From assembly GCA_965238175.1 (NCBI GenBank), contig CBDEGZ010000003.1:1280001-1344000 (forward strand): a stretch of DNA of 64,000 nt, given 5' to 3'. Positions 50,257-61,591 of this stretch are shown piece after piece. The notes beneath the pieces are model-generated. The model saw nothing but the letters and a program-made list of their open reading frames with translations. It did not search any database and was not told the origin of the DNA. The translations under genes and the position numbers were made by a program. How positions within the stretch are numbered: the stretch's first letter is position 1; every line of letters starts with the position of its first letter. This DNA comes from Gammaproteobacteria bacterium. Lineage in GTDB: Bacteria > Pseudomonadota > Gammaproteobacteria > CAJXQU01.

Positions 50257-51113
50257 AGTACGCCTTTATTAAAATACAACGTCGCCATCACTCTGTGTCG
50301 TTATTATGTCGCACCCTGACTGTCTCAGTCAGTGGTTATTATGATTGGTTAGACAGGCCTCAAAGTAAGACACACTCAACGAATCAACGGTTACTGACGA
50401 AAATAAGATGTTTTCATCAAGCTAGTTTTAAGCGTTATGGTTCACCTCGGATACATCGAGACCTACTCGATTCAGGTGAAAAAGTAAGTCGACCGCGTGT
50501 TGCACGTTTGATGAAGACTGCTGGCATTCAATCGAAGATGGCCAAACGGTTTGTGATTACAACCAATTCAAAAAATACCACAGCACCTGCACCCGATAGG
50601 CTCAAACGTGAATTTCGTGTCAATGAAACAAATAAAGCCTGGGTAGCTGACACGACCTTTATTCGTACTCGGCAAGGTTGGTTATATTTGGCTACCATGA
50701 TGGACTTGTATTCACGGCAAATTATTGGCTGGGCGATGTCTGAGCGTAATGACACCAAGCTAGTCACTGATGCGTTAACGATGTCGCTGTCACGCAGAGA
50801 CAAGGCAAAAGATGTGATTGTCCATTCCGACCAAGGCAGCACTTATGCCTCGGGTGATTATCGAAAGCTCATTAAAGATAATGGCTTCCTTTGTAGTATG
50901 AGCCGAAAAGGTGAATGCCATGATAATGCGGTCGCTGAAAGTTTCTTCGGCAGCCTCAAAACAGAGTTGGTTGATGATGAGGATTATCGAACACGTAGCG
51001 ATGCCAAACAAAGCCTATTTCACTATATTGAAGTGTTTTATAATCGAAGACGGAGGCATTCTTATTTAGGCTATGTTAGCCCTGTAGAATTTGAGCGGGC
51101 AAATGCCCCTTAG
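50253..51113 (+). CDS. IS3 transposase OrfB (DDE)
   Basis: WVADTT, HSDQGS, DNAVAESFFGSLK. Confidence 0.93.
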   Translation: MKYAFIKIQRRHHSVSLLCRTLTVSVSGYYDWLDRPQSKTHSTNQRLLTKIRCFHQASFKRYGSPRIHRDLLDSGEKVSRPRVARLMKTAGIQSKMAKRFVITTNSKNTTAPAPDRLKREFRVNETNKAWVADTTFIRTRQGWLYLATMMDLYSRQIIGWAMSERNDTKLVTDALTMSLSRRDKAKDVIVHSDQGSTYASGDYRKLIKDNGFLCSMSRKGECHDNAVAESFFGSLKTELVDDEDYRTRSDAKQSLFHYIEVFYNRRRRHSYLGYVSPVEFERANAP

Positions 51114-51161
51114 TTATTTGCTCCGTTAAAGTGTTGCAACCTCAATTCCGGACGGTTTAGT

Positions 51162-52387
51162 TGTAGAAATTCAGATTTGATCTGACAGTTACCCAATTAT
51201 CAGTAACCGACTGTCAGGTTAAGTTTAATTCACAAACTTTTCCTTCCAGATAGCTTGTCCGTCGATGAGTGTTTCCATCGGCGTCCTCCCGCAGCACATT
51301 TTGCCTTGGTGAGTTCGTTGAGTATTGTATTTGAGCAACCATTCGTCAAGGTCGAGTTGCAGTTCATCAATCGATTGGTAAATTTTCTTACGCAAAGCGA
51401 CTTGATAAAACTCATTGAGGATCGTCTTATGGAATCGCTCACAAATACCATTCGTCTGAGGTGATTTGACCTTGGTTTTGGTGTGTTCGATATTGTTCAA
51501 CGCCATATAAAGCTGATAATCATGCTGGTCAGCTCGTCCACAATACTCCGTCCCTCTATCTGTCAAAATGCGCAACATAGGCAAACGTTGTTCTTCGTAG
51601 AATGGGAGGACGCGGTCATTGAGCATGTCAGCTGCCGTAATCGGTGTTTTAGTCGGGTACAGTTTCGCGTGAGCGACCTTGCTGTAAGTATCAACAAACG
51701 TTTGTTGATAAACCCGACCAATGCCTTTGAAAGTACCGACATAGTAAGTATCTTGCGAGCCAAGATAACCAGGGTGTGCCGTCTCTATCTCGCCACAAGC
51801 CTCATCGTCGTCTTTTTTGCGTTCCATCGCCGCGACTTGAGACTCAGTGAGGATCAAGCCTTCACCAGCTACCTTATCAGACAATGCCTTCAGGCGATCT
51901 TTAAAGCAAGCAAGACCATGACGAAGCCAGATACAACGAACGCCACTGGGTGAGACAAATGTTCCCCGTTTGCGCAGCTCGTTACTGGTGCGCGTTTGAC
52001 CATGTGCGGGCTCTTCCAGTGCATACTCGAGCACAACGGTTTCAATAGCCGGGTCGATTCTGTTTTTAAGATTTGGGGTACGCCGATTACGATCAAACAA
52101 GGCTTCTACACCGCCTTCATCAGCCGCTTCTTTGTAGCGATAAAATGTATCTCTGGACAAACCCATCATCTTGCAGGCTTTTGAGACATTGCCGAGTTCT
52201 TCAGCGAGATTGAGTAGACCAACTTTATGTTTTATAACTTTGTCATTAGTATGAATCATGAGAGTTACCTCTTTGTGTTTTGATGTTTACGTTGCAGTTA
52301 CATCAAAGCGGGTAACTCTCACTAAATCAAGCGTCGCTACGCTCCGCTTGATTTAGTGATGTGTCAGATTGGGTCTAAACTTCTACA
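51162..52387 (-). mobile_element. IS481-family element, copy 1 (1226 bp)
   Basis: TGTAGAA...TTCTACA ends; near-identical to 61592-62817; flanks GTTTAGT and GTTGAAC are not duplicated. Confidence 0.95.
51225..52259 (-). CDS. IS481-family transposase
   Basis: GNVSKACK, SQDTYYVG, LTDRGTEY, PQTNGICERFH. Confidence 0.95.
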   Translation of the reverse strand: MIHTNDKVIKHKVGLLNLAEELGNVSKACKMMGLSRDTFYRYKEAADEGGVEALFDRNRRTPNLKNRIDPAIETVVLEYALEEPAHGQTRTSNELRKRGTFVSPSGVRCIWLRHGLACFKDRLKALSDKVAGEGLILTESQVAAMERKKDDDEACGEIETAHPGYLGSQDTYYVGTFKGIGRVYQQTFVDTYSKVAHAKLYPTKTPITAADMLNDRVLPFYEEQRLPMLRILTDRGTEYCGRADQHDYQLYMALNNIEHTKTKVKSPQTNGICERFHKTILNEFYQVALRKKIYQSIDELQLDLDEWLLKYNTQRTHQGKMCCGRTPMETLIDGQAIWKEKFVN

Positions 52388-53205
52388 GTTGAACAAACTC
52401 TGAACCGTTATCAAACGTCAATGTTTTCACCTTGTCTTTATGAGGGAGCAACAAACGAATAATCGCACGATACACCACGTCTGCTGTTCGACTGTAAACA
52501 CGTGAACAACAGGTAAATAATGAGGCGCGGTCAACGACTGTCACCAAGACACTTTTTTTATCCAAGCCAATCACGGTGTCGCCCTCCCAGTCACCCAGAT
52601 GTTGCTTTTCCTTAACGATCACAGGATGCTCCGTGATGGAAACACGGTTGGGGATCTTGGAAGCTCGTGCACCAGAGCCATAGCGTATACGTCGATGCTT
52701 GTGGCCCTGAGGAAGGTAGTGTTTCAGCGTGGCATGACGTTCAGGATCGTTGTAAATGAAACGGTAGATAGTTTCATGACTAAGTGATACACCATGATGT
52801 TCCTTCAAATAGCCACTGACGTGTTCTGGACTTAAATATTGTTGGATTAAGGACACGATCTTCTGCTCTATTTCAGGATTGAGTTTGCGATATTTATTTT
52901 CATGCCCCCATCGTTTTCTTCGTTGCCATAATTCCATTGCCCAATGGTAGGTATAGATATGTCACTGTGGGTATTTATTTCGTTTGATTTCTCGGCAAAT
53001 CGTGGAAGGAGCTCGACCTAAAGCCACGGCGATTTGTTGTTGTGTTTTTCCTTCGGGTGATGCTTGCCAGATATAAAACCTTTCTTCTTTGACTAAGTGT
53101 TGATACTGTTTCATGGTGCAATTCCTTTTGTTGGGTTAGATTCTTCGTCAAAATTATCTTAACGGCTTTCTGACGTGAGGAATTGTTCTTATTGTATGAA
53201 TGCGC
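52388..53205 (-). pseudogene. IS30-family element remnant
   Basis: Start ATG 53114 MKQYQHL..EER, internal TGA, SHETIYR, GDWEGDTV, TFDNGSEF, cut by IS481; IR-like end near 53180-53205. Confidence 0.88.
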
Positions 53206-53253
53206 ATCTTGTGATGCTTATAAAAAATTTTAGGAAGGGCTTAGGTAGTTAAA

Positions 53254-54104
53254 ATGTTGAAGAATATTTTCATCTCTGTATTGATTTTTTGGCCATTTTC
53301 CATATTGGCTAATGGCTATACGGAACAGGATAAGTTTATTAAATTTTTGGCGGTCTCTCCTTCTGGAGAATATATCTCATTTAGCTCTGCATCTTATAAT
53401 ATTGATGGGCATTATTTTGACGTATATCTTAATATACTGGATACGAGCGTAGGGGATATAAAAACAAAGAAGTTATTCTCTAAGATAGATGGGCATCAGG
53501 CACAAGGAAAGCTGGTTTGGGGGTATTGGGCAAACGATAAAGAATTTTATGCGGGCGGCGGTCACAGTTATGAAACATGTTATCAAATGATCTTCTCTTC
53601 TGGAGATTATGTTGAAGAAATAGATGAATCAAAAACTACTTGCCATGGGGCGGTAGAATCTGCAAATAATGAATTCTATGATATAGCTCCCAGAAAATAT
53701 AATTTGCTATATTCTTATGCTAGTTCAGAGGGGATAGGGATTTTTTATATATTTGATCTGAATAATAATAACATTATTCTTAAAGCAACAGGTGTAGGTA
53801 TAGGCTCACTTGATGCTAGCTGCCCTCCAAGCCGTTTTTTGAGCCATGATTTAAATATCATAGACTATAGCGAAAGCGGAGATAAATTTACCTGAAAACG
53901 AGAATCAATCCCGTAGATATTAATAGATATACCAATATTATTGAAGGAGATCTAGGGCTGTTTCCATGTTACTACGCTATGAGCAATGCCATTGCAAAAC
54001 ATGTGTTGAACAATGAGGAACCAGAAAAGATGAGCCCTGAGTTATTTGCCAAAGTACAGGCAGATGTTGAGGAAAAAATGATTCAAAATTTGGTGGAGCC
54101 CTAG
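53254..54104 (+). pseudogene. Secreted hypothetical protein, probably frameshifted near 53888
   Basis: Signal-peptide ORF 53254-53895; another frame stays open (YLKTRINPVD...NLVEP) to TAG 54104. Confidence 0.5.
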
Positions 54105-54183
54105 CCCTATACTTATAAAGTCATAAGCAGGGATACTAAAGCCTCCCGCCATTAATCTGTAACGTAATTCGTTCGCCCTGAAC

Positions 54184-54360
54184 TGTAGTGGTCTAATAAT
54201 TTTGAACAAATCTCAAGGGCTATACTAATGAACCGAAGACAACGCGTGAATTTTTCAACCGAGCAGAAAATTAGAATATGCTAAGTTGATGGTCAACGAA
54301 GGTTATGCCAATCAACGAATCAGATCTCTCTGGAGCAGGTTCAGGTTCAACCGCCGTATC
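54184..54360 (+). mobile_element. IS3-family 5' remnant (left IR plus broken orfA)
   Basis: TGTAGTGGTCTAATAATTTTGAACAA then MNRRQRVNFSTEQK / EYAKLMVNEGY; IR is the near reverse complement of 2817-2842. Confidence 0.75.
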
Positions 54361-54370
54361 TTGAGGAGAT

Positions 54371-55387
54371 TTAAGAGTTTCTGTCGACGGCAAAATCGGC
54401 TAGGGTAGTCAGGGCTGCTTTATAAGGCGAAGGAGGTAAGTCTTTCAGGCTTTCAACAGCTTTTGTTGATTCAAGTCTTGCACAGTTTGTTGTATAAGCG
54501 AGTGCCCCTGTTTCTTCTATAGCAGTCATAACCTCTTCAATTTGATCCCGGCCACCTGTTTCGATGGCTTTTTTGATCAGTTTATTTTGAGACTTGGTAC
54601 CGTTCCACATGGCATAAAGGAGTGGTAAAGTTGGTTTGCCTTCTGCCAGATCGTCACCGACATTTTTACCTAATTCGTCAACGTCTGAACTATAGTCCAG
54701 AACATCATCAACCAGTTGAAAAGCGGTGCCGAGATGGCGGCCAAAGCGTGCAGCATTTTCTTCTCGTTTTTTGTTTGAATCGCAGATCACCGCACCAAGG
54801 CGCGTTGCAGCTTCAAATAATTTAGCGGTTTTATGGCGAATTGTTTCCAGATAACGTTGTTCTGTGGTGTCAGGGTCATTGCAATTGATCAGTTGCATGA
54901 CTTCACCTTCTGCAATGGTATTTGTTGTATCTGCAAGCACAGACATAACTTGCATATTTTTCATGCTCACCATCATTTGAAATGAACGCGAATAGAGAAA
55001 GTCTCCAACCAGCACACTGGCCTCATTTCCCCAAATTTCATTGGCTGTTTTTCGGCCACGTCGCATTGCTGAATCGTCAACCACATCATCATGTAGCAAT
55101 GTGGCTGTGTGAATAAACTCGATGATTGCTGCGATGTTGAGGTGGTTAGTACCGTGATAACCATGCACACGAGCACTGAGTAGCGCCAGAATTGGTCGGA
55201 GACGTTTGCCGCCACTATTGACTATGTAATGGCCTAACTGGTTTATCAGAGCAACTTCAGAATAAAGGCTCTCATGAATGAGCCGATTGACGCTGTTCAT
55301 ATCATCCGAAATCAGATCACGAATATCATCTATCGTTTTTATCTCTACTTGTTCGTGAAGTGGTATTAAGTTCATCATGATGGCCAT
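54371..55387 (-). CDS. ispB: Octaprenyl-diphosphate synthase
   Basis: GGKRLRP, HTATLLHDDVVD, AFQLVDD, GDDLAEGKPTLP; start uncertain. Confidence 0.96.
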   Translation of the reverse strand: MAIMMNLIPLHEQVEIKTIDDIRDLISDDMNSVNRLIHESLYSEVALINQLGHYIVNSGGKRLRPILALLSARVHGYHGTNHLNIAAIIEFIHTATLLHDDVVDDSAMRRGRKTANEIWGNEASVLVGDFLYSRSFQMMVSMKNMQVMSVLADTTNTIAEGEVMQLINCNDPDTTEQRYLETIRHKTAKLFEAATRLGAVICDSNKKREENAARFGRHLGTAFQLVDDVLDYSSDVDELGKNVGDDLAEGKPTLPLLYAMWNGTKSQNKLIKKAIETGGRDQIEEVMTAIEETGALAYTTNCARLESTKAVESLKDLPPSPYKAALTTLADFAVDRNS

Positions 55388-55535
55388 TCTGCCAAGATGT
55401 TGGATGACATGCCATACTTTTGCACTTTTTTGTCATTGAATGGCTTTGTTGCCTTGTAACAGAAGGGTTTATTCCGTAAAATTACCCGGCTTTGATTTAG
55501 ACATTACATTTCAGTCAGTTTGGGAGCTAGTTCAC

Positions 55536-56189
55536 ATGTACGCAGTAATAAAGACGGGCGGAAAACAATATAAGGTCAGCGAAGGGGATATTCTCCGCGT
55601 TGAAAAACTGGATGCTGAAGAAGGCGCCACTGTTGAGTTGGGTGATGTTTTGATGCTTGGTGATGAGAGCGACATTCAGGTCGGCGCACCGATGATTGAA
55701 GGGGCTCATGTATCAGCGACCGTTAAATCGCAAGGTCGTGGTAAGAAAGTGACTATCATCAAATTCAAACGCCGCAAGCATCATCGTAAGCAGATGGGAC
55801 ACCGGCAGTCTTTCACTGAGCTTGAAATTACCGGCGTTTCAGTAACAGGTGGCACAAAAAAAGCTGCTCCAGCAAAAGCAGTGGCGAAGCCTGCGGCTAA
55901 GAAAGCAGCACCTGAAAAATCAACAGCTACAACTAGTTTCCTGAGTGCACCAGATGGCGAAGCCGATGATTTGAAACTGATTTCAGGTGTTGGTCCGAAA
56001 CTTGAAGAAAAATTAAATGCATTTGGTATTTATCATTTCCATCAAATTGCTAACTTCACTGCAGAAGATATTTTGAAAGTAGATGAAGGTTTAAACTTCA
56101 AAGGCCGAATTGAACGAGATGACTGGTTAAGCCAGGCAAAAATTCTGGCTGACGGTGGCGAAACTGAATTCAGTAAGAAAAAGAAATAA
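55536..56189 (+). CDS. rplU: 50S ribosomal protein L21 with a C-terminal linker and HhH domain
   Basis: [14 protein letters not shown]...GHRQSFTE, then an A/K/P linker and [30 protein letters not shown]...[14 protein letters not shown]. Confidence 0.96.
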   Translation: MYAVIKTGGKQYKVSEGDILRVEKLDAEEGATVELGDVLMLGDESDIQVGAPMIEGAHVSATVKSQGRGKKVTIIKFKRRKHHRKQMGHRQSFTELEITGVSVTGGTKKAAPAKAVAKPAAKKAAPEKSTATTSFLSAPDGEADDLKLISGVGPKLEEKLNAFGIYHFHQIANFTAEDILKVDEGLNFKGRIERDDWLSQAKILADGGETEFSKKKK

Positions 56190-56206
56190 TTTTGGAGAAT
56201 AGTTAA

Positions 56207-56470
56207 ATGGCTCATAAGAAAGCAGGTGGTAGTACACGCAACGGTCGCGATTCGGAGTCGAAACGACTTGGTGTAAAACGCTTTGGTGGTGAAATGGTTA
56301 AAGCCGGTAATATTTTGCTCAGACAACGCGGAACACGTGTTCACCCTGGGGTAAATGTAGGAATAGGCCGAGACCACACGCTTTTCGCCAAAGAAGACGG
56401 AACCGTAAAGTTTGAAGTTAAAGGTATAAAAAATCGTACTTTTATCAGTGTGACACCAGCTTCTGCATAA
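56207..56470 (+). CDS. rpmA: 50S ribosomal protein L27
   Basis: [16 protein letters not shown]. Confidence 0.98.
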   Translation: MAHKKAGGSTRNGRDSESKRLGVKRFGGEMVKAGNILLRQRGTRVHPGVNVGIGRDHTLFAKEDGTVKFEVKGIKNRTFISVTPASA

Positions 56471-56496
56471 GCGGTTCACATAAAATCTGTATGTGG

Positions 56497-56525
56497 AAAC
56501 CCCGTCTTGTGCGGGGTTTTTTTTT
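56497..56525 (+). terminator. Rho-independent terminator after rpmA
   Basis: AAACCCCG-TCTTGTG-CGGGG followed by T9. Confidence 0.85.
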
Positions 56526-56543
56526 GCCACCTAAATAACATAA

Positions 56544-57599
<1,056 letters not shown>

Positions 57600-57669
57600 A
57601 TAAACGAATAATAGAGCAGTTAAATCAACATCAAAATAATCACAAATTTAATTAATAGATGTAATCGAC

Positions 57670-58794
57670 ATGGCCGTAAGTTCCCGACAAGATCTTTCTA
57701 AAACTCGCCGCTGGGTGATCAAGATAGGCAGTGCACTTGCGACCAATGACGGTAGTGGTTTGCGCTTGGAGTCCATAGACAAATGGGTGTCTCAAGCAGC
57801 CGAGCAAATAAAAAAAGGTACCGAAGTTATTTTTGTCACCTCTGGTTCTGTGGCGGAAGGTATTTCTCGATTGGGTATGCAAGGTAGACCTTCTTCGCTA
57901 CACGAATTACAGGCAGCAGCAGCAGTGGGGCAAATGGGGCTGGTTCAAGCCTACGAAACCTGCTTTCAACGTTATGGTATAAAAACTGCACAAGTGTTAT
58001 TAACTCACCTCGATCTAGCGCATCGCAAACGTTATCTCAATGCACGTAGTACCTTAAAAACTTTAATCGATTTGAAGGTGGTGCCAGTCGTTAATGAAAA
58101 TGACACCGTCGCAACCGATGAAATTCGTTTTGGAGATAACGATACTTTGGCCGCATTAGTCGCGAATCTAATCGATGCTGATTTGCTGGTGATTTTGACC
58201 GATCAACAAGGTTTATATAGTGCTGATCCAAGATCAAACCCTGATGCTTATTTGATTTCTGAAGGAAAAGCAGGCGATCAAAAACTCGAAGCGATGGCTG
58301 GAGAAGGTGGAAAATTAGGCCGTGGAGGTATGCGTACTAAACTTACCGCAGCATCACATGCGGCCAATTCGGGTACCGCAACAATAATTGTTTCGGGCAA
58401 TGAAGATCAAATTCTTGAGAAAATCACCAATGGTGAAGAGGTTGGAACCTTACTACTGCCTGATCAAGAACCAATTATTGCTAGAAAACGTTGGTTAGCA
58501 GGCGGTTTACAAGTAAAAGGAAAATTAATTCTTGATGACGGAGCAGTAAAAGTTTTGCAACAAAAAGGACGAAGTTTATTAGCTGTCGGCGTAAAAGATA
58601 TTGAAGGTAATTTTGATCGGGGTGAACTGGTGATCTGTGTTTCATCTTCGGGAGACGAGATCGCAAGAGGTATGAGTAATTATTCTGTAGCGGAGACAAA
58701 GAAAATTATCGGCAAAGCTAGCGATCAGTTTGAATCGATATTAGGTTATTGCGGAGATTCTGAACTAATTCACAGAGATAATATGGTGGTTTAG
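57670..58794 (+). CDS. proB: Glutamate 5-kinase with PUA domain
   Basis: VIKIGS, AAAAVGQ, NENDTV, GDNDTL, GGMRTK. Confidence 0.97.
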   Translation: MAVSSRQDLSKTRRWVIKIGSALATNDGSGLRLESIDKWVSQAAEQIKKGTEVIFVTSGSVAEGISRLGMQGRPSSLHELQAAAAVGQMGLVQAYETCFQRYGIKTAQVLLTHLDLAHRKRYLNARSTLKTLIDLKVVPVVNENDTVATDEIRFGDNDTLAALVANLIDADLLVILTDQQGLYSADPRSNPDAYLISEGKAGDQKLEAMAGEGGKLGRGGMRTKLTAASHAANSGTATIIVSGNEDQILEKITNGEEVGTLLLPDQEPIIARKRWLAGGLQVKGKLILDDGAVKVLQQKGRSLLAVGVKDIEGNFDRGELVICVSSSGDEIARGMSNYSVAETKKIIGKASDQFESILGYCGDSELIHRDNMVV

Positions 58795-58851
58795 TAATAA
58801 AGGGCGAAGCTTAATATCCAGATGAATAGTAAGCTTTATATAGTTAGGCAT

Positions 58852-58888
58852 AAAAAATCCCCGGCTCATAACAACAAGCCGGGGATTT
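58852..58888 (-). terminator. Terminator between the convergent proB and rpsT genes
   Basis: AAATCCCCGGCT ... AGCCGGGGATTT stem with an A-tract on the left. Confidence 0.8.
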
Positions 58889-58898
58889 GATGTGAACC

Positions 58899-59159
58899 TT
58901 ATAGACTTTGTAGCTTGGCGCTTAGGCGACTTTTATGTCGAGCAGCTTTATTTTTGTGAATTAAGCCTTTGTTTGCCATGCGATCAATCACAGGAACGGC
59001 TTCTTTATAAGCGGCTTCTGCTGATGCTTTATCATTTGCATCTACTGCATATAATACTTTCTTAAGAACAGTACGGAATCTTGAGCGTTGGCCAGAGTTC
59101 CTCGCGTAATTCGTATCGGCTTGTCGGGCGCGTTTTCTGGCTTGTGCTGAGTTTGCCAA
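58899..59159 (-). CDS. rpsT: 30S ribosomal protein S20
   Basis: [13 protein letters not shown]...[13 protein letters not shown]; TTG start. Confidence 0.98.
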   Translation of the reverse strand: MANSAQARKRARQADTNYARNSGQRSRFRTVLKKVLYAVDANDKASAEAAYKEAVPVIDRMANKGLIHKNKAARHKSRLSAKLQSL

Positions 59160-59289
59160 TGTAATAAATCTCCTAATCTGAAACTGGGAAGCCCTGCTGG
59201 GCGTAAAAACGCGTAACTATGCGTATTTTGGACACATTTGTCAATCTCTATGCTATTGTTTCGCCACTTTTTAGATGCATGATTAATAG

Positions 59290-60825
59290 ATGAGTCGCAA
59301 ACTACTTCATTCTACCGCTATTGTCGGCGCGATGACGATGATTTCAAGAGTTCTTGGTCTGGTGCGTGATCGTGCAATTGCACAGTATTTTGGCGCAAGC
59401 GTTGGTGCAGATGCTTTTTTTGTTGCGTTTAAAGTACCTAATTTTCTGCGTCGTTTATTTGCCGAAGGTGCCTTTTCACAAGCTTTTGTACCGATCCTCT
59501 CGGAATATCGATCACAAAAAACACATGATGAGACACAATCATTAATCAATAATGTCGCTGGCACCTTAGGACTCGTATTAACCATCATTACGATTTTAGG
59601 CGTACTTGGAGCGCCGATTTTGATCACCATTTTCGCTCCTGGTTTTCTTGACGATACTGAAAAATTTGATCTCACCGTTTCCTTATTACGGATTACCTTT
59701 CCGTATATACTATTTATTTCGTTAACAGCACTTGCCGCCGGCGTGCTTAATACCTACAAACATTTTGCCGGACCTGCATTGACACCGGTGTTTTTGAACT
59801 TGTCTATTATCGGCGCATCACTCTGGTTAGCGCCGAAGTTAGATCAACCAGTGATGGCATTAGCATGGGGTGTTTTCATTGGTGGGGTTATTCAGCTTTT
59901 ATTTCAATTTCCATTTTTACGAAGGTTAAGGTTAATTCCTCGACCAAGCTTCAAACGTGATGATGGTGTACGGCGAATTCTTAAATTAATGGGTCCAGCG
60001 ATTTTCGGCGTATCGGTTTCCCAGATCAATTTATTATTTGATACTTTGATCGCTTCATTTTTGATCACAGGCAGTGTCTCCTGGCTTTATTATGCTGATC
60101 GAATGTTGGAGTTTCCACTCGGTGTTTTTGGAATTGCGCTTGGTGTGGTGATCCTTCCGAACTTATCAGAAAAGCATGCACAAGGTTCTAAAGAGAAATT
60201 TTCCAGAATACTCGACTGGGCGTTTCGCTGGGTTGTAATCATAGGACTACCCGCCACGCTTGGTTTGGCATTGTTGGCCGAGCCTATGCTTTGCACCTTG
60301 TTCCAATATGGAGAATTCTCTGAGCAGGATGTCGCGTTATCCAGCAAGGCATTGGTTGCCTATTCGTTTGGATTGTTGGGTTTTATCTTAATCAAAGTAC
60401 TCGCGCCGGGTTATTACTCACGGCAAGATACAAAAACACCAGTGCGAATTGGAATTATCGCAATGGTCTCAAATATGATCTTGAACGTGATCTTTGTTTT
60501 CCCACTCGCACATGCAGGTCTTGCTTTAGCGACCTCCATATCCGCATTTATCAATGCAGGGTTACTTTATCGAGGCTTACGCAAAGCAGGTGTTTATCAA
60601 CCAGAATCAGGTTGGATGAAGGTTTTGATCAAAGTCGCTATTGCGGGAAGTCTGATGGCTTTGACCCTCTGGATCTATGTACCGGAATTACCTCAATGGA
60701 TACAATGGTCGGGGTTGGAACGTACAGTACAACTCGGTAAATGGATTAGTATTGGTGGTGCTATTTATGTTGGAACGCTGTTTTTGCTTGGGGTCAGATG
60801 GCGAGATCTGAATTTGTCGACTTGA
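59290..60825 (+). CDS. murJ: Lipid II flippase MurJ
   Basis: SRVLGLVRD, PNFLRRLFAEGAF, YYADR..EFPLG, DTKTPV. Confidence 0.97.
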   Translation: MSRKLLHSTAIVGAMTMISRVLGLVRDRAIAQYFGASVGADAFFVAFKVPNFLRRLFAEGAFSQAFVPILSEYRSQKTHDETQSLINNVAGTLGLVLTIITILGVLGAPILITIFAPGFLDDTEKFDLTVSLLRITFPYILFISLTALAAGVLNTYKHFAGPALTPVFLNLSIIGASLWLAPKLDQPVMALAWGVFIGGVIQLLFQFPFLRRLRLIPRPSFKRDDGVRRILKLMGPAIFGVSVSQINLLFDTLIASFLITGSVSWLYYADRMLEFPLGVFGIALGVVILPNLSEKHAQGSKEKFSRILDWAFRWVVIIGLPATLGLALLAEPMLCTLFQYGEFSEQDVALSSKALVAYSFGLLGFILIKVLAPGYYSRQDTKTPVRIGIIAMVSNMILNVIFVFPLAHAGLALATSISAFINAGLLYRGLRKAGVYQPESGWMKVLIKVAIAGSLMALTLWIYVPELPQWIQWSGLERTVQLGKWISIGGAIYVGTLFLLGVRWRDLNLST

Positions 60826-60891
60826 ACTTAAAGATTTAAACCGCCTCTATACTTGTAGTGTAGAAGCTATAACGCAACAGGGAGAACAAAA

Positions 60892-61410
60892 ATGTATCTA
60901 AAAAGAATTTTATCAATATTGTTGTCATTGAGTTTCCTTTCGTCAGTGATGGTTTCGACCGCCATAGCTGGGGAATTTGATCTCGACATGAAAATGAAAA
61001 AGCTCGACGGTGAAAATGGAAGTCTTCAAGAACATGTCGGCAAAGGCAAATGGACGTTGGTCATGTTTTGGGAAACGACCTGTAGTATCTGCAAACAGCA
61101 AGAGCCGGAATACGCAAAATTTCATACAGATCATAAAGATAAGGATGCACAAGTCGTCGCCATCTCAATTGATGGAATGGATCAAGTCGAATTGATCAAA
61201 AACTACAAGCAGCAAAATGCATTACCGTATCCTGTTATGGTCACTGACAAGCCAGAAATCCGAGAAAAGTTTCTCGCCGCAACCGACGAACAATTTCGTG
61301 GTACACCGACCTATTTATTATTCTCACCGGAAGGTGAACTAAAAGCCGCTCAACCAGGGATGTTGTCGGCGACTTCGGTGGAAAATTATATTGCCAAGCA
61401 GAGTAACTAA
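60892..61410 (+). CDS. TlpA-like exported thioredoxin
   Basis: Signal peptide, FWETTCSIC, GTPT. Confidence 0.85.
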   Translation: MYLKRILSILLSLSFLSSVMVSTAIAGEFDLDMKMKKLDGENGSLQEHVGKGKWTLVMFWETTCSICKQQEPEYAKFHTDHKDKDAQVVAISIDGMDQVELIKNYKQQNALPYPVMVTDKPEIREKFLAATDEQFRGTPTYLLFSPEGELKAAQPGMLSATSVENYIAKQSN

Positions 61411-61591
61411 GCTATTGTTAAGTAAATCCAAGGGGGCAGCAACTGTCTTCAAAGATCAAGCCTGTTAGCAATAGTTTGTTATAAAAAGAAAGCTATCATT
61501 AATGGATTAAACCCTATGGTAACCAGCGCAGGCAGATAAAGAGATTTTCTCAGTTTGGCATAGCCCATTTAGATAATCTGGAACGATTAAT

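Larger units (their letters stand above)
49882..51144 (+). mobile_element. Complete IS3-family element
   Basis: IRL TGAACCTGCTACATTTTAACGGA; IRR TCCGTTAAAGTGTTGCAACCTCA; no target duplication seen. Confidence 0.93.

Noticed and set aside
56042-56530. 162-aa antisense ORF, and other short overlapping ORFs in the track
   Set aside because: Opposite-strand or off-frame shadows of well-supported genes, with no recognisable motifs
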